Shown: piece after piece, positions 45,667 to 54,654 of the stretch
Layout: every line of letters starts with the position of its first letter
Position numbering within the stretch: the first letter of the stretch is position 1
Source: an uncultured Pirellulaceae bacterium
Lineage (GTDB): Bacteria; Planctomycetota; Planctomycetia; Pirellulales; Pirellulaceae
Reading direction: 5' to 3'
Assembly: GCA_964444105.1 (NCBI GenBank)
Contig: CAYUGI010000002.1
Span: 640 to 64,639 of the forward strand
DNA length: 64,000 nt
Notes under the pieces: generated by a model
Databases searched by the model: none
Told to the model about the DNA's origin: nothing
The model's input: only the letters and a program-made list of their open reading frames with translations
Program-made: the position numbers and the translations under genes

Positions 45667-48600
45667 CTACCAAATGATGCTTTGCTTGATCGTGACGGCG
45701 CCAGCTACCGGCACGATCACTTCCATCGTTCCGTCGATGTTCCGCAAAATCGGTTCGCCACTGACTCGAACAATCGTTCCATCTCCCAACGCAAAGGCGC
45801 CGTCATCGGTGTGCTGAATCGATTTTCCAACCGCGGCTCGGAAGTAGAGCGTGCCACTGGCTGAATTGGTGCTGGCTGAATTGCCAAGGGGGATCACCTT
45901 CAGTTGGCGATCAAAGCTGGCAACCGGCTGGGATGGCTTCGGTAGCGGCGTGTCTTCGACGGTGGCGTCGGTTGTTCGGTATCGGAAAGTAGGACGACCC
46001 TGTTCGTCGAGTCGATACCCTAGGAATCGATACCCGCGTTCTTTAGCTTTCGTATTGGGCCACGCAGTTTGTGGATTTTCCAGTAAAGCGAACGGCGAAT
46101 CGGCTTCCCATCTCAACACACCGCCACCAAGGGGAATCTGGCTTCCCTGTCCACGACCATCCCAGTGCTTTGAAGCGTCAATGAATCGATCCTGCCAGAG
46201 CAGTGCAAGTGACATGGTGTCCGCGTCCCAGCATAGATTCGCTTTTTCCGGGTAACCCACTGCGATTCCACGAGGCGAAACACTTTCGATGAAATTACGA
46301 TAGATGATGGGTCGATCGATCGGCTTGAGTTCTTTCATGCCACCGACGATGCCTTCTGGCACACCGCCCTTGGCTCCCTTGGCCAGGTAGGTCCAGATAG
46401 CTGAGATTTGTTTTGCTGGGTCGCCATCATAAACATCGGGAACCGTGCTTTTGCCGTCCGGGAATCCTGTCGGCATGCGTGTACCGGGACGATAGATCTG
46501 TGGATTCGGCAAGTAGCGGTGAAACCAATCTGGTCGGATCCGCTGCGTCATCGTGTCCAGCCTGATCGCTTGAATACCCGTCGACTGAAATCCTCCGTAC
46601 GTATGGCAACTGACGCAGGCCAAGCCCTTCGCGCCCACCATCTTTCTGCCAAACGCGACTTGCTCTTTTGCGGAGCCATCGATTTTTGCGATCGTTGCTT
46701 CGGATTTTTGGTCGATCGTCGCAATGGCTCTGGCTAGGCCTTTGGTGCTTCCTTTGCCGAATTTTGGCATAAACGTTTTCATGTAGGGCCTGCTCTTGTC
46801 GCCTTGGCTGACAACGTGATCGATCCAGTCTTCGCGAAGCTTGTCACCCACTCCATCCAATGGCGGCGGCAGTCGTCCTTCGTCGCCCATTTCCGGAATC
46901 GTGCTAACGAATAGTGCATTGCGATCCGACTCCGGACCACCAACACCATCGCGAGCATGACATGCATAGCAGTTGAGCATCTTCATCGTGTGTGCAAGCC
47001 TTGACTGAGGTGTCTCCCGAACCTCCTCTTTCCCGACGGCTGCCGCGATCGCGGTCGTTTGAACACTCGTTAAATCAAAATTCGGAGCATTCGATTTTGT
47101 ACTCGTGAGGCACCCTTTTCCGAGATCGCAGTTGGCGAGAGCCGGGGCACTCAGCGTCGAAGTCATGCGTTTGCCATCGATCTCTTTGGTATGACAGGCG
47201 GCGCAACCCAGTTCGCCAAATAGTTGCTGGCCTCGCTTCGCCTTCGTTTCGTCATAGACAAAGCCAACAGAATCGGCGGCATCTGCGAGGCGTTTGGGCA
47301 TTGGCGAGTCGCGATCCAAAACAAGGAACCGATCTATCGGCTGCATAGCCACTCCAGCGCCTGACCATTTCAGTTCAAGTGATGTCTCACCACCACCGTC
47401 GAAATAGTCAACACGTATCGCATGAACGCCTGCATCGAGTTTGACTTTTGCGTCGGCCGTTTTGTGCGGATGCACGCCGTCGTTGTTGATCACTTCTTTA
47501 TCGTCAATGAACAGTCGGCTTCCGTCGTCGGAACCCAAGCGAAAACGGAACTCGCCTGACTTTTCGATCGGAAGAAAACCTGAAAAGCTCAGAGAAAACT
47601 GGTTTGATTTGCCAGCCACTGAAAGATCGAAACCCTTGGAAACCCCGGACCTGTCAGCGTTCAGATCCGTCAAGTCGGGCAGTTGATTGCCGCCCTTATG
47701 GAAAGCCCTAAATCGCAAGTTCGGCTCAGCTGGTTTTTTGGCGGAGCTCGGATTGGTTAACGAGGAATCAGCGGTCAAGTACTGAGCCACGTGACGCCAG
47801 TTGGCTTTCTCCAGCTCCAGTTGTGGCATTCGTCCGGAGGATCGAACCGAGAGCGGATCCTTGATGAAAGTCTCCAGGCTTGTTCGGCTGTATTTCTTTT
47901 CGATACCGGTCAACGGAATCGACGTGGCCGGGTTCACCTTCTTTCCGTTGCGCGGCATGTGACAAGCGACACAGCCAGATTCGTGAAAGAGCTTTTCGCC
48001 TTTCTTCGCATCCCCCGTCTTGTCGTCTAATTCAACGACGTCGCCGCCTACCAAGAAATGTGTCATCGCCTCCGCAGCTTCGCGGCGTTGAGCATCGTTC
48101 ATAGCCCCCATGACATCGGGCATTGTCGTACCCGGCTTCACAGCGTGGGGCTGTGCGATAAATTGCGCCATCCAATCCGCATAAACGCGTGTGCCAACAT
48201 CATTCAAATTCGGCGCGGATTTTGTATCGATCAAACTGACTAGTTTGTCGTCGATTGCATGGCAGGACGCACAGTTCAATTCGCCAATCAGCAAGCGTCC
48301 TCCAGCGGCCGCATCGCTGCCGCTGGCATGAAAACGCTCGAACCCAGGAACGATTGGACGGAGTGCTTCGGCTTCCAAATCTCGAGGCATCACCCAGATG
48401 TTGCGAAAACGTACTGGGTTGCCGTGGTCCTGCAAGAAGATCGGTCCGTCACTGGGGCCCTCTTTGTTAGGTGCGGCGCGAGTGATGTTGGGTAGTGGTA
48501 CATCTCGTTGAACGACGACGCCGTTAAGCTTCACTGTTAGCGTCGCGTTGGTTGTTTTCTTCCCTGCGTCGTCGTACCGCGCTGCAGTGAAGTCAACGTC

Positions 48601-49263
48601 GTAGGTTTGCCAGACCAGCGGTGGCAGGCACATATTCAGGTCTGGTTCCCTGATGGTGTAGATGCCGCCGGTTTCGTCAGACTTGCCTTCGGACCCAAAG
48701 GAATCTAACACTTGCGTTTCGAAGCGACCCTGGTGATAGACACCACTGTTGCCCCTGGCTTGTCCGCGGGCTGAAGGCATGAAGGGGGTGCGGAACTCAA
48801 GATGTAGCGAGTAATCACGGAACGTATCGATACTGGTACAGCCCTCCATCAGCAGCCCGTCTTCGGACAGCTTGGCTCCCTTTTTCCAGTGGTCGTTCAA
48901 GCTTTGCTGCGACCCATCAAAAAGGACGACTGATCCGTTGGGCGGCTTGGCCCCCAGCGTTGGGCTCTTGCGATCGACGCGATCGAAGTTGGACAACAGT
49001 GCCTCGACCGCATCGGCATCCACTTCGATCGTCTTCTTTTGCTTGCCGTTCCACCCGGCCCCTGGAAGTCCATCGGTGTAGGTCACCACTTGGAACTCTC
49101 CATCGCCCAATGCAACGACCTGAAGGCCTCGGGTCGAATCAACGTATTCACCTTGAAGTTCGAAGTCGGGGTCTTGCTTAGCTTTCTCGGGGGTCTCGTA
49201 GACTTGAGCGACGAGAATTGTTTGGCATGCCAGCGTGAACAGCGCCAGAAGAGCGAGTCGCAT
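45667..49263 (-). CDS. DUF1080 + multiheme cytochrome c + PA14 fusion protein
   Basis: N-terminal DUF1080 (LHLEF, GNSGVY, FETQVLD, LQDHGNPVRFRNIW). Five CxxCH motifs: CASCH, CVACH, CAACH, CYACH, CVSCH. PA14 (LGSDDGSRLFID..VINNDGVH). Confidence 0.88.
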   Translation of the reverse strand: MRLALLALFTLACQTILVAQVYETPEKAKQDPDFELQGEYVDSTRGLQVVALGDGEFQVVTYTDGLPGAGWNGKQKKTIEVDADAVEALLSNFDRVDRKSPTLGAKPPNGSVVLFDGSQQSLNDHWKKGAKLSEDGLLMEGCTSIDTFRDYSLHLEFRTPFMPSARGQARGNSGVYHQGRFETQVLDSFGSEGKSDETGGIYTIREPDLNMCLPPLVWQTYDVDFTAARYDDAGKKTTNATLTVKLNGVVVQRDVPLPNITRAAPNKEGPSDGPIFLQDHGNPVRFRNIWVMPRDLEAEALRPIVPGFERFHASGSDAAAGGRLLIGELNCASCHAIDDKLVSLIDTKSAPNLNDVGTRVYADWMAQFIAQPHAVKPGTTMPDVMGAMNDAQRREAAEAMTHFLVGGDVVELDDKTGDAKKGEKLFHESGCVACHMPRNGKKVNPATSIPLTGIEKKYSRTSLETFIKDPLSVRSSGRMPQLELEKANWRHVAQYLTADSSLTNPSSAKKPAEPNLRFRAFHKGGNQLPDLTDLNADRSGVSKGFDLSVAGKSNQFSLSFSGFLPIEKSGEFRFRLGSDDGSRLFIDDKEVINNDGVHPHKTADAKVKLDAGVHAIRVDYFDGGGETSLELKWSGAGVAMQPIDRFLVLDRDSPMPKRLADAADSVGFVYDETKAKRGQQLFGELGCAACHTKEIDGKRMTSTLSAPALANCDLGKGCLTSTKSNAPNFDLTSVQTTAIAAAVGKEEVRETPQSRLAHTMKMLNCYACHARDGVGGPESDRNALFVSTIPEMGDEGRLPPPLDGVGDKLREDWIDHVVSQGDKSRPYMKTFMPKFGKGSTKGLARAIATIDQKSEATIAKIDGSAKEQVAFGRKMVGAKGLACVSCHTYGGFQSTGIQAIRLDTMTQRIRPDWFHRYLPNPQIYRPGTRMPTGFPDGKSTVPDVYDGDPAKQISAIWTYLAKGAKGGVPEGIVGGMKELKPIDRPIIYRNFIESVSPRGIAVGYPEKANLCWDADTMSLALLWQDRFIDASKHWDGRGQGSQIPLGGGVLRWEADSPFALLENPQTAWPNTKAKERGYRFLGYRLDEQGRPTFRYRTTDATVEDTPLPKPSQPVASFDRQLKVIPLGNSASTNSASGTLYFRAAVGKSIQHTDDGAFALGDGTIVRVSGEPILRNIDGTMEVIVPVAGAVTIKQSIIW

Positions 49264-49454
49264 ATCGGAAACAGCTTCGTGGAGGGGGCGGGTTTGGGAG
49301 CACAGTATGATTCAAACTCAGTTGAATTGCATCCTATGGGTAGCGCAAGATCATCAAGTCCGTCGAACCTACGCCAATGGTCTACAATGAGAACTCGTCA
49401 GTTTACGGGCCATCGACGGCATTCTGACCAAACCAACCCAAAGAGACATCTTCA

Positions 49455-50462
49455 ATGCCGACTCGTTCATCCCTTCACGCGACAACATTCCGTTGGGTCG
49501 TTTTTTGGGCAGCCGTTTTTTCTCTTTTTCCCCAAGCTGTCTCAGCTCAGGTCGCCCAAGCATCGCAAATCACGCTGTCGAAACTGGCTGACAAAATCGT
49601 TGTCACGGTCGATGAACAGCCTTTCACGGAATACGTTTTCAGCGGCCACGCCAAGCCGATCTTGTACCCCGTCATTGGACCAAGCGGGATTGCGATGACC
49701 CGAAACTATCCGATGCAGAAAGACGTCGATAACGAAGCCGGCGACCATCCGCATCATAAGTCTCTTTGGTACACACACGACGACGTCAACGGCGTCAAGT
49801 TTTGGGTCGAATACGACAAGCAAAACAAGGCGGTCTTTGGAAAGATCGTTCAACAGAAGTGCCGAGTCGAAGGCGACACGCTGTATGCAGAAAACGAATG
49901 GCAATCACCAGAGGGTTCGGTCGTTTGTAGTGACTCCAGAGAGATTCGTTTTGGGGCGGACGAGTCATCTCGGTACATTGATTTTGAAATCACGCTTCGC
50001 GCCACAAACGGCGATGCCGTTTTTGGCGACACCAAAGAAGGCTCAATGGGAATACGCACGAATCCGTTATTGCGTTTGGAGACTGACGCCAAGCGAGGCA
50101 ACCATACCGCTAAAGGCCAAGCGATTAATAGCGAAGGTGAAAAGGGAAAGAAGATCTGGGGCAAACGAGCCAAGTGGGTCGATTACTGGGCGCCAATCCA
50201 GGACCAGACGGTTGGCATCGCCATCATGGATCACCCCAAAAATCCAAGGCATCCCACTTGGTGGCATGCGCGGCCATATGGATTGATAGCTGCGAATCCC
50301 TTTGGCGTTCACGACTTCGAGAAGAAGCCAGCTGGCACTGGCGATTTGACCATCAAGGCCGGCGAGTCAAGGACTTTTCGGTACCGCTTTGTTTTTCACA
50401 AAGGCGACGTGAATGAAGCAAAGATCGAAGAGGTCTACACGCGATTTTCTAATGATCCGTGA
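49455..50462 (+). CDS. DUF6807 / PmoA-family-named secreted protein
   Basis: KPILYP, DHPHHKSLW, DTKEG.MG.R, WGKRAKWVDY, IMDHPKNPRHPTWWHAR.YG..AANP. Confidence 0.8.
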   Translation: MPTRSSLHATTFRWVVFWAAVFSLFPQAVSAQVAQASQITLSKLADKIVVTVDEQPFTEYVFSGHAKPILYPVIGPSGIAMTRNYPMQKDVDNEAGDHPHHKSLWYTHDDVNGVKFWVEYDKQNKAVFGKIVQQKCRVEGDTLYAENEWQSPEGSVVCSDSREIRFGADESSRYIDFEITLRATNGDAVFGDTKEGSMGIRTNPLLRLETDAKRGNHTAKGQAINSEGEKGKKIWGKRAKWVDYWAPIQDQTVGIAIMDHPKNPRHPTWWHARPYGLIAANPFGVHDFEKKPAGTGDLTIKAGESRTFRYRFVFHKGDVNEAKIEEVYTRFSNDP

Positions 50463-50499
50463 TCGACCAACAAGTTGATGATCAAACTAAGTCATTGCG

Positions 50500-51609
50500 T
50501 TGTCCTGTGCAAAAACCATCGCTGTGAATTTTTTTCAAGTATCCAATCCTGAATCAATCGAATCCCCAGCACTGCTGGTGGATGCGGATCGCGCGCAAGC
50601 GAATATCGACCAGATGATATCGATCGTGGCTGGGGATACGGATCGTTTGCGTCCCCACTTAAAAACCCACAAGATGCCTGATGTTGTTGCGATGCACGTC
50701 GCATCAGGTATCACGCAGTTTAAGGCCGCTACCTTGGCCGAAGCCGAGATGGCGGCATCCGCGGGTGCAAAAGATGTCCTTGTCGCGCATCAATTGATAG
50801 GACCGAAGATTCCAAAATTGCTCAGCCTCGTGGCGCGATACAGCGATGTGTCATTCGCGGCCCTGGTCGATGATTCTTCTGTTGTCCAGCAAACAGCGAC
50901 CGCATGCACTTCGCTCGCTCAGCCACTGCGACTCTTCGTGGATATTGACTGCGGGATGCATCGGACGGGGATACCGCTTGGAGAGTCTTGCCAAAAGCTG
51001 ATCGACCAAGTCGAAGCAACACCTGGCGTGCAGTTTACAGGATTGCATGTGTACGACGGTCATTTGCATCAAAGTGCGTTGGAAGAACGTCACTCTTGTG
51101 TGTCGGAAATCATCGACCAAGTACAGTCCTTTATTTCCGGCTATCCCCAATGCGAAGTGATTGCCGGTGGATCGCCGACATTCGCGATCTGGGCACAGGA
51201 AACCAATTGGCAATGCAGTCCCGGCACTACGATATTTTGGGACGTCGGATATGGAACGAACTACCCTGATTTGAAGTTTGACGTAGCCGCAGCTCTGTTG
51301 GCCCGCGTGATCAGCAAACCAGGAAATGATCTCGTCTGCCTGGACATTGGCTACAAGGCGATGAGCGCTGAGATGCCCCTTGAACAACGCGTCGTGTTTC
51401 CTGAAATCGCGGATGCCGTTCTGGCCAGCCAGAGTGAAGAGCATCTTGTGATACGGACGTCTCAAGCGGATCGCATTGCGGTCGGCGATTCCTTTCTTGC
51501 TTTTCCAAAGCACATTTGTCCAACGGTCGCCAAGTACGCCTTTGCTCATGTCGTGCGCGATGGACTGGCAACCAGTGAAGTCTGGCCGGTGACGGCCCGC
51601 ACTCGATAA
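50500..51609 (+). CDS. D-threonine aldolase family PLP-dependent enzyme (fold type III)
   Basis: SPALLVD, LRPHLKTHK (PLP lysine), DIDCGMHRTG, GLHVYDGH, GGSPTF, SEEH, PKHICPT. Confidence 0.9.
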   Translation: MSCAKTIAVNFFQVSNPESIESPALLVDADRAQANIDQMISIVAGDTDRLRPHLKTHKMPDVVAMHVASGITQFKAATLAEAEMAASAGAKDVLVAHQLIGPKIPKLLSLVARYSDVSFAALVDDSSVVQQTATACTSLAQPLRLFVDIDCGMHRTGIPLGESCQKLIDQVEATPGVQFTGLHVYDGHLHQSALEERHSCVSEIIDQVQSFISGYPQCEVIAGGSPTFAIWAQETNWQCSPGTTIFWDVGYGTNYPDLKFDVAAALLARVISKPGNDLVCLDIGYKAMSAEMPLEQRVVFPEIADAVLASQSEEHLVIRTSQADRIAVGDSFLAFPKHICPTVAKYAFAHVVRDGLATSEVWPVTARTR

Positions 51610-51623
51610 ATTTCCTCCCCTTT

Positions 51624-53141
51624 GTGCCCCGTAATATGATGAACGTTAGACGATTGACTTTGTTGGCCTGGATGGCTTTCGTTCCCTGCTGGTCCTTCAG
51701 CGAAGATCTTCCCAATGTGATTGTTGTCTTAGCTGACGACCTGGGCATTGGCGACGTCAGCCCGACCAATCCTGATTGCAAAATCAAAACTCCGAATTTG
51801 CAGCGAATGGCTGACGAAGGTTTGACGTTCACCGATGCGCATACACCCAGCAGTGTTTGCACGCCGACGCGGTATGGATTGCTAACCGGCCGATACAACT
51901 GGAGATCGCGTCTGGCAAGAAGCGTTCTGAGCGGCACGAGCGATCACTTGATTCCAGCCGAGCGACCGACTGTTGGGCACTTGCTGCAGAGTGCTGGATA
52001 CCACACGGCGATGATTGGCAAATGGCACCTAGGTTGGGATTGGCACAAAGTAAAAAAGGGCGAGATCGACTTCACCAAGCCAATCAAGAACGGACCGGAC
52101 ATCAATGGATTTGATTCGTACTACGCCCATTGTGGTTCACTCGATATGCCGCCCTATGTTTGGGTCGATACGGGTAACGTCACCGCACAGCCCGACCGCG
52201 CCGAAGGCGTCACCAAGAATGAAGATCCCTACGGATGGTATCGCAAGGGTCCTATCGGTAGTGATTTCAAGATTGACGAAGTACTGCCACACCTTTTCGG
52301 TAAATCGGTCCAACACATCGAGTCAAGATCCGAACCTGCGAAATCGGGCAAACCCTTCTTTCTGTATCTCGCATTGCCCGCTCCCCACACCCCGATCGTG
52401 CCGGTGCCGCCTTTTAAAGACGCCAGTGGTATCAACCCGTACGCTGATTTTGTGATGCAGGTTGACCATCACATGGGTGAGCTGTTTGACGCGATCAAGA
52501 AGGCAGGCATCGACGACAATACACTTGTGGTTTTCACCAGTGACAATGGTTGTTCACCGCAAGGGAACTTTGAGGTTTTAGCCGAGCATGGCCATGATCC
52601 AAACGCTGGCTATCGTGGTCACAAAGCAGACATCTACGAAGGCGGGCACCGTGTTCCCATGGTGGTCCGCTGGCCTGATCGAATCAGAGGCGGTCGATCG
52701 ACCAATGCGATTTCCTGTCTAACGGACATCTATCCCACTTTGCAACAGATTGTCGGCCAGCCTCGAGAAGCAACCGGTGGTGAAGACGGCTACAGTCTGA
52801 CCAGGGTTTTTGATGGCGAAGATGCAACGGGACGTGAAACGCTCATTAGTCATAGCATCGGCGGTTCGTTTTCGATTCGCCGAGGAGCATGGAAGTTATG
52901 CCTATGCGCGGGAAGCGGCGGTTGGAGCGATCCACGTGAACCAGTGGCGAAGAAACAAGGGCTACCTGCGATGCAGCTGTACAACTTGGATGCCGACAAG
53001 GCCGAACAGACAAATCTCGTTGACAAACATCCCGAGCAAGTCGAAGCGTTACTCGCGTTGCTGGAAAAAGAGGTGAGCCAAGGCCGATGCACGCCCGGTG
53101 AATCCGTTGCTAACGATCGTGAAATCAGCTTTCTACCGTAG
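51624..53141 (+). CDS. Formylglycine-dependent arylsulfatase
   Basis: VLADDLG, SVCTPTRYGLLTG (CxPxR), GKWHLG, PHTP, FTSDNG, KADIYEGGHRVP. Confidence 0.95.
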   Translation: MPRNMMNVRRLTLLAWMAFVPCWSFSEDLPNVIVVLADDLGIGDVSPTNPDCKIKTPNLQRMADEGLTFTDAHTPSSVCTPTRYGLLTGRYNWRSRLARSVLSGTSDHLIPAERPTVGHLLQSAGYHTAMIGKWHLGWDWHKVKKGEIDFTKPIKNGPDINGFDSYYAHCGSLDMPPYVWVDTGNVTAQPDRAEGVTKNEDPYGWYRKGPIGSDFKIDEVLPHLFGKSVQHIESRSEPAKSGKPFFLYLALPAPHTPIVPVPPFKDASGINPYADFVMQVDHHMGELFDAIKKAGIDDNTLVVFTSDNGCSPQGNFEVLAEHGHDPNAGYRGHKADIYEGGHRVPMVVRWPDRIRGGRSTNAISCLTDIYPTLQQIVGQPREATGGEDGYSLTRVFDGEDATGRETLISHSIGGSFSIRRGAWKLCLCAGSGGWSDPREPVAKKQGLPAMQLYNLDADKAEQTNLVDKHPEQVEALLALLEKEVSQGRCTPGESVANDREISFLP

Positions 53142-53194
53142 TATCCACCGCAACCCCTCCCGAATCCGCCCCTCCTCAAGACAAACTCCCTCCC

Positions 53195-54637
53195 ATGAAA
53201 AATCTACTTTCCATTGCTCTGTCGTGTGTTCTTGGTTCCGCATCTCTGGTCGCGCAAACCAAGAAGGCTGATGTGAATGCCGATGCTGGAGCGGCAGTGT
53301 TGGAACGCCTGGAAGCGGTCCAATCATGGGTCGAACTGTTCAACGGAAGAGATCTCGATGGCTGGGCAGGCGACTTAGAAGGTTACTTTGCTGAGGACGG
53401 AAAACTCATCTGCAAGAAAGGTGGCAAGAATCTGATTTCGGCAAACCCCTACACTGACTTCGTCTTTGAATTTGAATTCAAGCTCGAAGAGAGCGGCAAC
53501 AGCGGCATTGGAATTCGAGTGCCAGTAGACGGCCACCCTGCCAAAGACGGAATGGAAATCCAAATCCTCGATCACCATGGCAGCCGCTACAGCGGAACCG
53601 CTGAAATGGCCAATGGTAAGCCGCGAAAAATGAGTTGGCTGAAGCCGTGGCAGTATCACGGATCGATCTACGGAATCGTTCCTGCAAAGACCGGATACCT
53701 AAAGCCAGCTGGAGAATGGAATCGAGAAACAATCATCGCTATCGAAGACCATATCACCGTAGTCTTGAACGGAGCTGTCGTCGTTGACGCTTACCTAGAT
53801 GAAACTACACCCGTCGATGGTGGTTCGCATCCCGGAATGAAAAGCAAAACGGGACATATCATGTTGGCTGGCCACAGTGATCGAGTTGAATTTCGCAAGC
53901 TGCGTGTAGCGGATTTCTCAAAGCCAGGACCACTGCCAAAATCGGACAGTGACAACACACCGCCCGCGGGTTTTCAATCGCTCTTCAACGGGAAGGATTT
54001 GAGTCACTGGAAAGGACTCGCGCACAAGAATGCCAACCAGCGTCGTCAATTGAATGGCGATTCGCTTCAGGAGGCTCAAGCCACGGCAGACGAAAACATG
54101 CGCGAGCACTGGACCGCTGTTGACGGCGTGCTTACCTATGACGGGAAGGGTCAGAGTCTTTGTACGGCCAAAGACTATGGCGATTTTGAAATGTACATTG
54201 ACTGGAAGATTCCAGCCGGTGCCGACTCAGGAATCTATCTGCGAGGCACTCCTCAAATTCAAATCTGGGATCCATGGAACGTCCAGAAATTCAAGGATCG
54301 CCCAGCGCCAACCAGCTCCGAAGAGTTTTTGACGTACTACAAAAACGGACAGAATCTTGGCAGTGGCGGTCTATGGAATAACAAACGTTGGCGTAATTCG
54401 CCCACGGCACTGGCCGACAAACCGGCCGGACAGTGGAATACTTTCTTCATCCGCATGGTCGGCGACAAGGTTTCCATTTGGTTGAACAAAAAACTGATCG
54501 TCAATCGCGTCAAGCTGGAGAACTATTGGGACAAAACAGGGATGACCCCAATCCCACGTGCCGATCAAATCGAACTCCAGCACCACGGCAGCGCGTTGTA
54601 TTTCAAGAATATCTACATCCGTGAACTGCCGTACTAA
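53195..54637 (+). CDS. Tandem DUF1080 (3-keto-glycoside hydrolase-like) protein
   Basis: Two repeats: LFNGRDLDGW..FEFEFK..NSGIGIR..GEWN and LFNGKDLSHW..DWKI...DSGIYLRG..GQWN..LQHHG..YFKNIYI. Confidence 0.9.
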   Translation: MKNLLSIALSCVLGSASLVAQTKKADVNADAGAAVLERLEAVQSWVELFNGRDLDGWAGDLEGYFAEDGKLICKKGGKNLISANPYTDFVFEFEFKLEESGNSGIGIRVPVDGHPAKDGMEIQILDHHGSRYSGTAEMANGKPRKMSWLKPWQYHGSIYGIVPAKTGYLKPAGEWNRETIIAIEDHITVVLNGAVVVDAYLDETTPVDGGSHPGMKSKTGHIMLAGHSDRVEFRKLRVADFSKPGPLPKSDSDNTPPAGFQSLFNGKDLSHWKGLAHKNANQRRQLNGDSLQEAQATADENMREHWTAVDGVLTYDGKGQSLCTAKDYGDFEMYIDWKIPAGADSGIYLRGTPQIQIWDPWNVQKFKDRPAPTSSEEFLTYYKNGQNLGSGGLWNNKRWRNSPTALADKPAGQWNTFFIRMVGDKVSIWLNKKLIVNRVKLENYWDKTGMTPIPRADQIELQHHGSALYFKNIYIRELPY

Positions 54638-54654
54638 CCAAAGTTCTACGAAGC

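Noticed and set aside
49455-50462. Methane monooxygenase subunit
   Set aside because: The PmoA family label is a naming artefact: this is a soluble signal-peptide protein with no pmoB/pmoC nearby.
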